Assembly: GCA_002189035.1 (NCBI GenBank)
Contig: NEEC01000017.1
Coordinates: 1,302,001-1,366,000, forward strand
Direction of reading: 5' to 3'
DNA: 64,000 nt
Origin: Utricularia gibba
Taxonomy: Eukaryota > Plantae > Magnoliophyta
Below are positions 24,055-40,032 of this stretch, one piece after another; the first letter of the stretch is position 1; every line of letters starts with the position of its first letter. A model generated the notes under the pieces. That model was not told the origin of the DNA. It did no database searches and saw only the letters and a list, made by a program, of their open reading frames with translations. A program made the position numbers and the translations under genes.

Positions 24055-25321
24055 TCATCTTCTTCCTGTTCCTCCTCTGCGGCTGTGGGTCATCGGAGCC
24101 AAGTAGAATCGCAGCAACCCACTATCGATCTCGCAATGTGGGTAGGGGTGTGAGTGTCTCAGGCTCCTTTTCGCATCTCGCTTGTGGAGTAATCTGGCGG
24201 TGTTGTTGGAGGTTTTAGTTCTGTTCACTCCATTTTCTGTGGTAGGCGACTCCAGTTCTTTGTTCCCAAGGCCCAGTAAGCGCCAGCTCCACCATTTTCT
24301 CGGTCCCTTGACGCCATCTCTAGATTCTTTTGCTCCATGGAAGTAATCTGCACTTGTTGGGGAAACTCTGGCGTTTGACTTTTTGGTTTCATCGATCTCT
24401 GAGACCTGTGACTTCCTGACGGAATTTGACCGTTCGAGAACCTTTTTTCTTCTGTGAGAAGATGAATCGGCGTAGTACTCCCGCGTCTGGGCTGAGCCGC
24501 CGGGGACGCTCTCCGCCGTGTCGCATTCCGCTGGCATTCGGTGAGAGTTTCTCCTTATGATGTACCCATCCCAAGAAGCTCGCGGCGCCTCCAATGCAAG
24601 CCTCAGATCCATGTCGCAGGATCTTCTTTTGAAGGGGAAATCAGCGATTTCAAACTGGGTTTCGATGTGGCCCCGGGAAATCGGCTTCTCCGGTTGGAAG
24701 TTACTCTGTTTCTTCGTCTTCTGGATTCTCCCCCATTTCTGCAATTTTTCTGTGAAAATCGAAGCCGCAGCCCAAATCCCACCTCTGGAACTCCTTTTAC
24801 CCGCGGGGTCTTCTACAATTTCACCCCCGTTAACATCAGTTTCCACAGAGGATGCTAATTTCTCCAAATGGGTATCCACAGATCCCCGCATTTCGCCATT
24901 CTCGCAATCATGCCCAGAAGCAACATCTACAGGATCCCCAAAACCAGACCCAATATTGCAGAAATTCTCATTACAACAAGAACCCAGATCGCCACTCTCA
25001 TCATTAAGCGTGAACAGAGACAAGAGAGTGCTCACATTACCATCCCTTCCTCTGACATCACAAGATTTCCTCTGGGGCACAAACGTCAACCCCAAACTCT
25101 CATTCTTTGAAACGGAAAAGGATTTCGTGCGTCGTATCGGAGCATCCAAGGTTGAGGATCTGGGACAATCGGAGGTAGGGACGACGACGAGGAGGAGTTA
25201 TCAAGAGAACTGAGACGCTCGCAGAGACAAGAAGGACAGAACCCAGTAAACTTCTCCCCGGGTGCCGGCGGCAATTGACCAACGAGCGCGGCGGAGGGCG
25301 CGAAGACAAAATGGGATCCAT
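24055..25321 (-). CDS. OPS-like: OCTOPUS-like (DUF740) protein, single exon with two apparent 1-nt frameshifts
   Basis: MDPILSS..CRRHPG/EKFTGFCPSCLCERLSSLD/..IRRTKSFS..PQRKSCDVR..GGIWAAASIFTEKLQKW..RRSCD..EAPRASWDG..GLLRFYLAP. The three reading frames join if one base is added at 25256-25259 and one at 25178-25180. Confidence 0.85.
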
Positions 25322-26003
25322 ACCCTCTGAGACAAAAACAAAAAGCGAAACGCCGTCGGCGGCTTCTGCTCCTCTTCACTTCATTCCACGCAAAAAAACC
25401 TGTATCCGCGAACGTGCGCGTGCAGATACATTTAAAAGCAGAGAAAGGAACAGGGAATTTAAGACAAAAAGAGCAAAAATGTTAATGATTTTCACCTTTA
25501 TATCACGTAACTCCATAAACTTCCCACAAATTACAAATGCACCCCAACCGGACACAACAACATGTTCCTTGTCCACATTCTTGCATTTTCTTCATAGTAC
25601 CAAAAGAGATTGTTTGATTGTGAATTTAAATAATATTATTTTTTAAAAATAGTAATTATATTGCAGTAATATTTTGTTGCTTTTCTATATGAAAAAAAAG
25701 TAAAAATTTAGTCATTGAATGGCGAAGGAGACGCTACAGGGTAATCAATGAATGGGCACGTGTTAAAATTTAATAATAATAATAGTAATAAATAAATAAA
25801 AGATGAGAGAAGAGGGAAATTAATTACCTAGTTTTGACTGGGAGTTGAACTGCTCCATCACCGCATAATGCACGAAAACCTCGGAGGATGTTAATGGGCT
25901 GGGCTTCAGATGGGGAGACCCGCTCTAGATGGTGGGCTCTGCTTTAGATACATGGCATCACGGATGGCTTGCTAGACAAGTTTTCTTTCGCTCTGATCCA
26001 TCT

Positions 26004-27860
26004 ATGGCGACCGAACAGTCTATTCTGGCGGTGGTTCGGGCGGCTCGGCCGTCGTTTCGCAACCGGTATGATAAGGCGGCGTTCGCTATCCACGCGGCTT
26101 TTCTTTCAGCTGGGTATGTGTTGAACTCCACGGGGGCGGCCGCCTTGCGGGATGATACTCTCGCTTCGGCTCCGTCAGGTGAGTAAATTGGAATTACGTA
26201 TTTTTTTATTCGTTTCTTGTGGTGGTGTTATTTGTTTTGTGAATCATCTTTTTTTTTTTTGGTATGGTTTTCCAATTTGTGTTAATCGTGTTTTGCAGAT
26301 GAAGTGGGAACGCGTAATTGGAATGAGGTCGATGGTAATTATGGGTTTGTGTATTCCAGCCCTGAGAAGGGCGGAAAGAGGGTGCTGATGAAGTGTCTTG
26401 GGTTGAAGGATAAGTTGTTTGTCGATGCTTTGCAGGAAGGTGTTTCTGAGCCTCTCCATCTTGAAATTGAGTAAGTGTTAGTAACTGCTTATTGCTCACT
26501 TTGTGAGAGCACGCTCTTTCTTCATATGCACTATAGATGTTAGAGAGAAGCTTCCGGTGTTCCGATGCTTCTTGTTTTTCTGAGAACATGTGCTACGCCA
26601 GCTTCAGTGTTTTAATCATCGTGCTTTTTACAGCGTTGGGGACTTCACTGAAGAAAATGGTGGCGCAAACTATGGGTCCCATTTCAAGAACCTGGGAAAG
26701 CTTGCATCAGAGGTTAATAAAAACCTTTTAAGTAAATTGAGCGGGGATTCTGGTCCAAGTTCATCTACACAGCAAGCACGGTGATCTTTTGCACTTATGC
26801 TCCTGTTATTTTCAGTTCAAAATTTTTTCTTTTTGCTGCGATGATGAGATGGTGCATGGTGATGCTTATGCTGTTGGACGAATGCAGTTCTGAAGAATCA
26901 AATCTTGGATTTGTGGCGCCTGAACACATTGAACTTCAAACTTCTCCAAGACATTCAGGGCATGTTTTTATTGCTTTCGGCTGATTTCTTGACACCTCTT
27001 GTACCCTTTTTGCTTGCATATGCTACACTTTTTTCGTAATGGCTTTGCTTAATCTGATGAAGTTTAATACCATTTTTTCTGTCTTGATATGGGTTGTGTA
27101 TCCAAATCTGGTTTAATTTTCCCTGCTCATCTGTTGAACATTTCAGTATATTCCCGTGTGCCTGTTGATTCAAGTGTTATTACAGCCTTGTGATCTCCTG
27201 TTCATTCTACAGGTTCATTGTTCCACCAGTTCCTGCTTTCGGTGACAGTGATATTTTTCCTGGGATTGGTGCTGGGATGTATCCCCACAGGTTTGACTCC
27301 TGTCCTTGCACTTCAATTCCGTCCAGTTGTGCCTGGTGAAATACTCACACTGATTGTTCAACCTCCTTCTATATGCAGGGGTGATATCGGTGGTGGAAGC
27401 ATGCTAGTCGGTTCGTGCCTTCCCACACAACTTCCTCATATGAATACAGTTATCTTTCATGATATTTCTGATCACAATTTCATCCCAAACGCAGGCCCCA
27501 ACGATCCCAGGTTCTTCGGAGGGAGGACCGGAGGCATTCCTGGGCTACCCGGAAGCCAAGGGTGAGTCTCTTCCCAGTCCTACCATCCTCTCTTCTCAAG
27601 TCCCATCCATTCCCTTATTCATTTCTTCATCACCAACAGGGTTATACCACCCGGTGCCCGTTTCGATCCATTTGGACCTCCCGGCGTTCCCGGTTTCGAG
27701 CCTGGCCGATTTGTGAGGTATGGTGTCTCAGAGATGATCCATCTCCCTTCCCGAAAAACCCTCTGAAACTACTGGTTATTGATGCAGGGATCCACGGAGG
27801 CCCGGAGGAGGGACGCATCCAGACCTGCAGCACTTCCACAATGACTCGGATTTTATCTAG
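26004..27860 (+). CDS. PI31: Proteasome inhibitor/regulator PI31
   Basis: MATEQSILAVVRAARPSFRNRYDKAAFAIHAAF..NWNEVDGNYGFVYS..VLMKCL; C-terminal PPGARFDPFGPPGVPGFEPGRF..HPDLQHFHNDSDFI*. Confidence 0.9.
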
Positions 27861-28510
27861 TGTCGCTTTCATTATGAGATGTATACTTGTTTTGTGATGT
27901 TGTGTTTTGCCTGCATTTATGATGGCGGGTTTTCTTAAAATAGAAATAAAAACTGAATACGCCATTTCCAAAGAACTTGTGACGCGTGGGAAACCCCCTG
28001 CAGATATTCTCAAATTAATAACAGGAGCGGGAACTGGAGGGGGTTGGTAAAGATTGAAGACGACGAGACCTTCGCGCACGATTTCAAGGTTCTCACGTTT
28101 CCGAAGCGGAGGGAGCAAGGAGGCGGCGCGTGGGTGGTAAGTGGTAATTATTTCTCAAGATAGTCTACTTCGGAGAAGTTCGTTTCCCGTTTCGGGATCA
28201 CTGTCGCCGGACTGCCGGAACTGTAGTCGACTGTCTCGGCAGACCGTCTGTGTTTTGATTTTTAAAGATCGAATTTCTTTAGCACATTTCGAGACTTGAG
28301 CGCTTGTCGTAAGGGTTTTCGGCTTCTGTTACTTCACCATCGTTGAACATGTGCATGAGCCCTGGGTTTCAGTTTTTTTTTTTTTTTTTTTTTGTAGTTT
28401 TCTGAACTTCGGCGTGCTGTTTATTTTGGTTTCGCTTTAGTTTTCCGGCAGTTCCGTTTAGTGATTGAAAAGTTGTGATGATTAACATTTGTGCTTGATG
28501 AATTGAGAGG

Positions 28511-31453
28511 ATGGCGTGGGGGAAAGCTGCCGGTTATAAAGATGTTCCGAGAAGGAATTTGGCGAAAAATAAACTTGGTGGTGTTATATTTCTGTGCTCA
28601 AGCTCCACAATGAAAGAATGCCTTGACAAACAGCTGTTTGGTTAGTACTGGATTCGCATCCTTCTTTGTGAATTAGTTTACAGTCACCTCTTTCAGTGAG
28701 GGACATTCTCATCAGTCATTGTTAACAGGACTTCCTTCTTCTCATTCTTCATACGTGAGGCAAATTGATGAAGGCCTACCGTTATTTTTGTTCAACTTCA
28801 ACGAGAAAGTGCTTTATGGTATCTTTGAAGCTGCTTCACCTGGTCGACTTAATATTGACTCCTATGCCTGGACAGAAAATGGGGCGTACAGGACAGACTA
28901 CCCAGCTCAGGTATGCTACATAAACACTTATGTTTGCTTTGAAAAAGTAAATAATTCTCCTTATTCTTGGTTAAGGTTAGGGTACGTTTCCGCCATCGAT
29001 ATGATGGCCTTCCTGAATATCTGTTCAAGCCCATTATTATTGACAATTATGTGGATCAAGTCCATTTCAAGCTTGAGTTGGATCATGCTCAAGTTAGCAA
29101 GTTGATTGCTAAATTCTCCTCTTCAGTAAATCCAAGATCCCTTGATCATGGTAACCTCCAAAGTTGGCTAAGGCAGTGTTGAAGTTTCCTCCCAAGTTAG
29201 TGGAAGACAGCAGTAAAGTGGAAAATGGTATTGGATCTTTAGATGAAGCGGCCAAACATACCAAGGTTGAACACTGTGAGAATAGTTTGGACGGTAGCAA
29301 TAAATCCGTTGTGACTGATTTAGATTTAAAGACCCTAATCTATGAACAGCTGAAAGAGTTGGCTAAAAGTTGTCAACCTTCCGAGGAAAATAGCGGGGAA
29401 CTGGAGTTTGTAAACACAGACGCTACTATTCAGGCTTCTAGTAGTACTACTGCGGCTTATTCTGATTGTAAGGATCCTTCACTTTTCGAAAAGGTTTGGT
29501 TCATTTAACGGTCATCAAATTTTCCAATCAGAATAACTAATTAGTTTCTTACAGTAAGCTTGAGTTTTATTCGGTCTAGGATTTCTACTCTACCAATTGA
29601 GCTGGCCTTCTTTTCTTGTTTCTGTCCTTTCCTTCCCTCCACTGGCTTGAACCTTAATACTTGTGTTTATCTCGCATATCCCGCATAAATGCAGGTTTGC
29701 CTAGAGAATGAAAGTCTGAGGAAGAAATTGGTATTTTTCTTTCTATCAATCATCATTTTTTTGTGAAGTGTGCATCGTTTTGATTGTGAATAACATTCCA
29801 GGCTGAGGCAGAGAATGAAAATCATCAGTTGAAAACGAGAATCTCGTTTTTGGAGTCCCTTTGTGATGCGTCTTCGAAGAAAGGAACGTTAACCTCATCT
29901 TGTGATGGTCTTTCATTTAGATCAAATGAGTCAATCTTGGTAGTTGGTGGTTATGATGGTGAAGCATGGTTATCATCAGTTAATTCCTTCCCTTCCTCAC
30001 ATGATGTGCTTAAGTCACGCAAATCACTGTCCTGTGTTCGAGGTAGTGCCTGTGTTGCAAAATTAGATGGAGAAATTTATTTATTTGGGGGTGGGGACGG
30101 TCACAATTGGCATGATACAGGTATTGTTGGCTCCTCTTGCCATCTTTTTCTATGTAACCAAATTTGAATGCTCTCTTTTCAAATTGTTTACCAAAACCTT
30201 GTTCATGATTATTTGAAGTTGAGTCCTATGATGCTCCAAGGGATGAATGGGTACTCCGTCCATCTCTTAATGTGGCAAAGGGCAGCTTGGGTGGTGCTTC
30301 AGTAAATGGTAAAATTTTTGCAATTGGTGGAGGAAACAGGACTGATTTTTTCTCAGATGTTGAAATGTTCGACCCCAATGTTGGACGATGGATTTATGCA
30401 CGCTCGTTGCTTGAAAAGGTGCCTGCTCTTCTTTATTAGTGATTTTCGTCTTTTTTATACATATTAGATGAAACAATTGTTTTTTTTTTCTTTTATCTGG
30501 CGATGATTTATTCTCGATTATTCTTATGTTGTATTACGTGCTTTAGCTCTTGGTTTCTCATTCAAGCTAAGCTATACGTTTGTTCATCTAGGCTTTTTGC
30601 GTGCCAAAAAAAAAAAAAGGTTCTGCAGAAGGAACTGATAGCACGTTTCATTTTTAGATACTAGTTGCGTCGCACTTTTTCTTACTAGACTTCAGTGTAA
30701 CTGTCAACTCTATTGTTAGTAGAGGTTCGCTGTTGCAGCTGCAGAGCTCAACGGTGCCATCTATGCTGCTGGAGGATTTGATGGTTATAACTATTTGAGG
30801 TGACTTGAAGTGTAAACTGCTACATTTCATATCAAGAAGCACTCACATACAAACAAGGACAACGTCACCCTATCCTTTCTTTTATTGTAGGTCCGCTGAA
30901 AGGTTTGACCCAAGAGAACACAACTGGACAAAGATCCAGCCTATGCTAACAAAGAGGGGCTGCCTTGCATTGGTTGCAATGAATGAGAAGCTGTAAGTTC
31001 AATCCTCTTCCGTTCATGTAAAGATGATCTTCTAGGTGTCGGGTGATACCATCCATCATATGTTAATGTTTTCAGGTACGCCCTCGGTGGCTTTGATGGA
31101 TCTAAGATGGTGCCCAGCATGGAGATATACGATCCTCGCCTTGGGGTATGGAGGGCCGGGGAGCCAATGCATCATGCCAGGGGATACCTCGCTGCTGCCG
31201 CCATCCAAGATACCATCTACACAATAGGAGGGATCCGAACCGACCATGAAATCATTGAACAGGCAAGGAACGCATCCCCTCTCCTGGTTTTCCCAAAGAG
31301 CTGAATCTGGATCACTCCGCGCTCATCTTCGTTTTGTGGATACGTGTGTTGCAGATGGAGTGCTACAAGGAAGACGGAGCCTGGGTGGAGTCCAACCTGA
31401 GAGGGATTGGGAAAAGATGCTTCACTTGCGCTATCTCCTTCCATGGGAACTGA
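28511..31453 (+). CDS. DCD-domain plus C-terminal kelch-repeat protein, apparent 1-nt frameshift at about 29155
   Basis: DCD: LGGVIFLCSSSTMKECLDKQLFGLP..GLPLFLFNF..LYGIFEAAS..DYPAQV. Kelch repeats: ILVVGGYDG, IYLFGGGDG, IFAIGGG, IYAAGGFDG, YALGGFDG, IYTIGG. Stop at 31451-31453. Confidence 0.85.
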
Positions 31454-32390
31454 TTCCCGGTGAGCATTTTTTCCAGCGGCGAGGGCGTTTCCGGTGTGGC
31501 ATCTCAGGCCTTGCCACCGTGTTTAGAATCCCTCCCAAGCTGCAAGTAAATTCTCACCCTCCCCTGGCTTTGTTTTCAACTCGGCTTTTGCTTTTTGAAA
31601 TCAGAAAATTGAAAAGTAAACAGAGAAATTTGGAAATTAAAATAAATAAATAAATGGTATTTTTGTGTCAGTTAAGTGGGCTGGGCCGTGGATGCGTTGT
31701 GCGTGGTCTAATTAAATGGGTTGGGCTGGGAGTACTTATGGATACAATTAACTGCAAGGTTGTAACATGCCCATTGACTTTTTCTTTTCTTCGATAGTAA
31801 TTGTAATTAAAGTAAATAAAACTAGCATTTCAATAATAAGTAATGATAAGCGGAATTACATAAATACCCTATTTATTACTATGTTACTGGATACAATGAA
31901 TGTAGAAGAGATCAATGTAATTATGTGTATAGATGCCGTACAGAGGTACCGCTACACATGTAAATCGTCTAGATGAACATAATCCGGACACATACAAACA
32001 CACATTTAAAAAGAAAAAGACAAATTATCAGCACCCACGTTCTAGTTAGATAATATTATCCGTTTAAAATATTTAACATTTATGGTTTTATGTTCTAATC
32101 TTTCAAAAAAAATTTATAATACAAAATTAGAAAGTCACTTAATTTAAATACGTTACTTCCCTTATTTATATTCAATATACGATATTTTTATTAGTTCTCT
32201 GGTATTATACTAATGTTTGTCAATTGGAATAGACTTTTATTGTTAGTATATTATTATTATATAATCAATGTAATTAGTATTTGATTATTTTTGCTTCGTC
32301 GTTTTTACGGATCCTGCAACTTGAATCAAGAACAGTCTCTGGATTACTGTCCCCTGTTTTGCTCTTTCTTTTGAGAGTTGATCTTGAAGA

Positions 32391-34867
<2,477 letters not shown>

Positions 34868-35456
34868 CAGCTACTTCATGCAGATGTACAGTACATTGAG
34901 ACTATATAGTGATCCATGAAATATAATGATTCATGATATTATTCATTTTTAACATATAAATATCATGATTTTACATTATTTATATATAAGAAAAAGGCAT
35001 CATTCAAAATGATTATAAAAGATATTTATATATAAACTATATCTTTATCGCATCCATAACTAGGACCATGTCCTTCTAGCCCCTTAGAAATTTGGGATCC
35101 TCATTAAAGTTTGTTACTCTATTGGTTATAGGATCATGGTTGATTTTTATATCAAATATAACAACTTACAATCACATTATATGGTATTATTTGTTTCGAG
35201 CATTCAACCCTTAGTTTTATGTTATCCCTATTCAATGAAAATGTTTAATGTAAGATTAAAGAAAATCTATTAATATAAATTATTTTTCTATTCCAATTCA
35301 TACCAATGTGACATTAATCTAAAGATATCCCATCTCTAACCAGCCTAAGGTAAAAGGAACACTCATTCTTGTGTGTCATCAAGTTTGCCTTACTCTAAAC
35401 CGATTGTATTAATTGAATCACCATCAAAACAAATCAAACAACAAGAGACAATAGAT

Positions 35457-36029
35457 TTAGCAGTATTCCAGAGGGTGAGAATGGAGATACATCTCAACAG
35501 CATTGAACAGCTCCTTGGACTTCGTTTTCCCTTCCTTGATCTTTCCCTCCGTGATCTCGCCGCCGTCCATCACATACCACACGCTCCTAGACTTGACGAC
35601 GGACTCGGAGCCGGCGCCGGCGCCGGCGCCGCCCTCGATCTTCACCGTGGTCTCCACCTTCTCCAGCCCTGCAAGTGCATCACCGGCGACCACGACGTAC
35701 TTGAACACCATCTTCTCCTCATCGAGTTCATCCACCACGTACCTTGCTGTACTGTAGCTGCTCCCTGAAAGCAAACCAAACCAACAAATCAACATCAAAG
35801 TACCTTGCTGAATATGAATCTTTAATATATATATACCTTCCCCGAAGGTGATCAGCTTGATGGAGCCGGCGCCGCCGTCTCCCTTAAGGAGCTCGATGCT
35901 CTTGAAGGCGGCCGGGACGGCCCTGGGGAGGAGGCTGTCTCCGCCGAGGATGAAGGCTTTGAACAGCCTCTCCGGCGCGACGGAGCAGTGGACTTCTTCC
36001 TCACACTCGATCATCTTCATCATGCCCAT
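35457..36029 (-). CDS. PR-10 / Bet v 1-like protein, 2 exons
   Basis: MGMMK..EEEVHCSVAPERLFKAFIL..AFKSIELLKGDGGAGSIKLITFGEG; intron 35765-35836 at the usual PR-10 position; ends LFNAVEMYLHSHP. Confidence 0.9.
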   Translation of the reverse strand: MGMMKMIECEEEVHCSVAPERLFKAFILGGDSLLPRAVPAAFKSIELLKGDGGAGSIKLITFGEGIYILKIHIQQGTLMLICWFGLLSGSSYSTARYVVDELDEEKMVFKYVVVAGDALAGLEKVETTVKIEGGAGAGAGSESVVKSRSVWYVMDGGEITEGKIKEGKTKSKELFNAVEMYLHSHPLEYC

Positions 36030-37399
36030 GACTTTGCGAACACGCATGAAACAGAAGAATGTGCAGAACCAGGCGCACGACGCCTCCATTTATAGGTTAC
36101 ATGTTACCGTGTTGGCTGACCATTCTTTTTCTTGGTTCCCAGTTCCCACACATTGGTGACTTTTTCTGATTTCTTTTCCAACATATAATATATAATATAT
36201 TATTCTCCCCCTGAAATTGGTGCATCATGAATTCTAGGTTTACACTGAAAGTCAAAGGAGGACTAACAGATTAATTGAGATTTTGTATTTTAATTTGATC
36301 GGTTAATTAAGATTTTTTAATAATTTTTATTTTAATAAATAAGTCGACTAAAAAAATCTAAAATTAATGTATATATTAATAGATTAAACTTGGATTTGGT
36401 TGGTAAAAATAGAGGGTTATATTGAATTATGTTACATTTAGAAAAATTAATCTAAAATTGATTTTAATAAAATTGAAGATTATATTAGAATTGATATATA
36501 TTTAGAATTATTTTTTAAATAAAATTTTATATTCTTTTTTCATCCGTCATTTTTAGGTTTTTCAATATGTTTTGACAGATTTTTATTAATTTATAAAAAT
36601 AGAAAATATCATTTACGTCCATGCTTTTTTTATTTCTAGAATTTATTTAGCAAAATATTAAATGATACATATTTTATTATTATAAATTAAATACCTAAAT
36701 ATTTTTATTTAGTTCTTTATTTATTTGTAAAATATAAATTCATGTATTAGGTAGACTTAATTAATTTCATAATAATAAAATGCAATATTATTTTTATTTC
36801 AAAAAATTATCCTCAATTATTATATAAAATCTAATTATAAAATTTATATCATGTATATAATCAATAATTATTTCTTGAATAATAGTCTATATAAAACATT
36901 TTCATGTTTTTTTAAATAATTCATTTTTATGTAAATTAATTTTATTGTATTTAATTTGAAATGAATCAAAACATCATACTAAAACAATCTTTAAATTTTG
37001 ATATTTTCTAAGAAAATAAATTTTTCCTACAAAAAAAGAAAGGAAATTAAGGTGTGATTACTGCTGGATTAGAGGTTTAACCGGGCTGGGTCCCACCTTA
37101 AACCTCTACTTTTTCATTTCTTGGTACGCTTTTCATCTTACAGCACCGCTAGGTATCCGATCGCGCGCCGCCGCGCGGCTAAATATAACACGATCACCTA
37201 CGGCTAATTCTTCCACTCTAGGGGGACAGGACTCGTGCGTTCTTCGTTTCACTGCGTATTTTTGGTGCAGCGTTCATTTTTCGGCATCTTAGGTTGCCCG
37301 AGTTGTTTTTATTTTTTACATTTCGATGTCCTGTGTGATAATGCGTATGTGAAGATATTCTGATCCCTAACCCGAGCAGCGATTTCATGTGGCCAGAGT

Positions 37400-39800
37400 A
37401 TGATTTCAAAAGCGTACAGTGGGGTATTCTGTGGACAGAAAAGCATAAATATTGAATGCTTGGATCGGGTGTTTTGTGATGCAAAGGTTCATGTGGGAAA
37501 CTGTTATGATCTAGTTGTTAATCGTTTCTAGCGTGGTCGGTTAACAGGGGATATTGTGGTTTCTATGCAGGCATTATGGAGGTTTACATCTCTAGTTTCA
37601 GGGGCGATTCTTGGCAAGGGCAATGTCAATAATACTATGAATCATGGTAACATGGAAATGTGCGACTTAGTCACTGCAAAGGATTTTTGCTTTAATGGGA
37701 GAAACCATATCTCACGGTAAGTTCCTTTCGTGTATAGCATCTCTTTCAATGTAAATTGCGTATCTTTATTCCCCGGAGTTTATGACTGCTTGTCGAGTAG
37801 TAGAAACTGTTAATATAGTTTTATTTAATTTTTACTCTTCCATAGGAACGTAGGCCAAACTAAGGAAAGCAATTCGAAAGATCAATTGGAAATTAAGGAT
37901 CCGACTGGACTAATTGGCGGAGCTGCTTTATGGATGCTTCCAAGAAGCAGATTGTGTGATGTTAGTTGTTTTAGATGCTTAACTTTCATTTTCCTTTAAT
38001 AATGAGATGCTATGTTTTGAATTCAATAGTCGCAGACATCTATCTAACTCAAAGTTAATCCATTGTTGAATGCAGCCATCTTGCTTCACCAACATCAAGT
38101 TTTCCCAATTCAATACTAGAAGAGGATTTGCCAAGCAAAGAAAACAAAAATTCCGTACATATTCTTTTCACTCGTTCCTTGGTTTTCATAGTTGCAATGT
38201 GATCTTTCTGCTTTGGACATTGTCTTAAGCTGGGATTAGTTTTTTCTTTCAATTCTCTGGAATGTTCCATTTGCCAAGTGAACGTTTTGAGGATCCCAAG
38301 ATATTCTATTGCTTGAGCACTCACTTCCTGCCTGCAGAATCTTTGTTTTTTAAAGAACAAAAGGTCATCTTAATCAATCCTGAATTTGGAGATCTTGTTC
38401 ATGAAAATGAGTACTTTGTATACTAGGGGAGGAAGAATCTGAGGAAGAGCTAGAAGATGAGGATGCTGAGGATGATCAAAACACATTTGATTTGGCGGTT
38501 ACTGCTAAGACTGCCGCACTTTCACAAATGGAAGCAGCAATGGATGCACTATCACGCGAGTTGGCCAAGTTGCGAGTTGGGAGAGCTTCTGCAGGTGGAT
38601 AGCAGTATACTTGATAACTCCTCCGGATGTGCAATAATTGTCATTTACTTAATACGGGTGAATTTCACAATTTTGTGCAGGGATGCTTGACCACATCATG
38701 GTTGAACATTATGGTGTTGAAACACCCCTTAACAGGATGGCGGTTGTCTCTGTGTTAGACCCGAAAACACTTTCGGTTACCCCGCATGACCCTAATGTAA
38801 TATGATACTACTTTTCTCCGTCAGCAGTTGTGCGCAATTCTTGATTTAGCTACTGAAATGCAAGCAACTGTTGAATTCTTCAGTCCCTAAAGGAGTTGGA
38901 GAAAGCCATCCTCTCATCGCCCTTGGGTTTGAACCCCAAGTCTGATAACCAGCGATTGGTAGTCCCAATACCCCCGTAAGAAACCTATCCCCATCTTCAA
39001 AAATGACATTTGCTTTTGCACCATCTGCAGTGCACTTTTTCTTCTGAAATTTTATGTGAGTCACATTTTTTATGAAAATTCTAAAATTCTGTACTCCTTT
39101 TGTCCATCCTGTTGAAGTTAACGAATTCATATGATTTTTTGGTTGAAATGCAGAATGACGAAGGAACACATGCAAGTAAGTCTTGTTGTATGCCTATGTT
39201 AGTCTTTGTTACGAAGTCTGTCATTCCTGCAGTGCAGTTGAAAAACTGTTAATATTGTTGCCGACAGGCAGTGTTGAAAGTTGTCGCCAAATCTTCTGAA
39301 AATGTGAAGCAGAGTATAAGAAGAGCTCGCCAAAAGGTGTGAAATTGATTATTTCGTGTCCTAGGCTTGCACACACTCCTGACTCCAGGTTTTTTTTTTT
39401 TTTTTTTTTTGAGGAAACTCCTCCAGGTTAATTGGACAAAATGTTTCATGAAATTGATTATGACCGCATGGTCCTTGTTCTTTTGCAGGCCATGGATACC
39501 ATCAAAAAAGCCACAGCACCAAAGAAGGACAAGAGTAAATCAGGCCCCGGTCTACCTGAAGAGGAAGTCAAACGCATGGAGAAAGAGGTGTGTTTTTCAT
39601 TCACAGCTTTTCTTCCTTGACATAGAAAAAAATCAGACACAACAAGGCAAATGAAACCAAAAGCCCACCCTTGGAAAAACTCTCTCCCTGACTCAGCTCC
39701 CATTCTGCCTGCTTACCAGATTGAAGGTCTGACAAAAAAATTCATTGAAAAATCTGAAGAACTATGCAAAGCCAAGGAAAAAGACATTAGAGCTGGCTGA
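37400..39800 (+). CDS. RRF: Organellar (probably mitochondrial) ribosome recycling factor; start exon uncertain
   Basis: RRGFAK presequence-end motif (exon about 38076-38155), then ALSQMEAAMDALSRELAKLRVGRASAGMLDHI..MAVVSVLDPKTL..AILSSPLGLNP..VPIPPMTKEH..KQSIRRARQK..KAKEKDIRAG* with stop at 39798-39800. The ATG at 37400 is tentative. Confidence 0.85.
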
Positions 39801-40032
39801 AGGAACTGATAAGTGTTCTGATCTCCGAAATGTAGTTGAATGCTGCTGTAGCCTTCTTTGCTGATGAAACAGAATGGCTTATGTTACTGCATTGCCTTTT
39901 AGCGAACTGTGGAATCCATTTCTCATTTACCCTTTTCGAAGTCTCGAATTTGGATCCAAATTTCAAGGCAGTTACATATGAAGATGAACGTTTTACAGCC
40001 AAAAAACGATAGATTTGACGATGATCAACATC

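Noticed and set aside
23644-24218. Several 60-115 aa ORFs 3' of the OPS-like gene as possible signalling peptides
   Set aside because: No signal peptide plus CLE/CEP/RALF-type motif; most likely 3' UTR or spacer.
37069-37107. Short inverted repeat agaggtttaa..ttaaacctct
   Set aside because: Only a 10-bp stem with no miRNA-like long hairpin or TE context.
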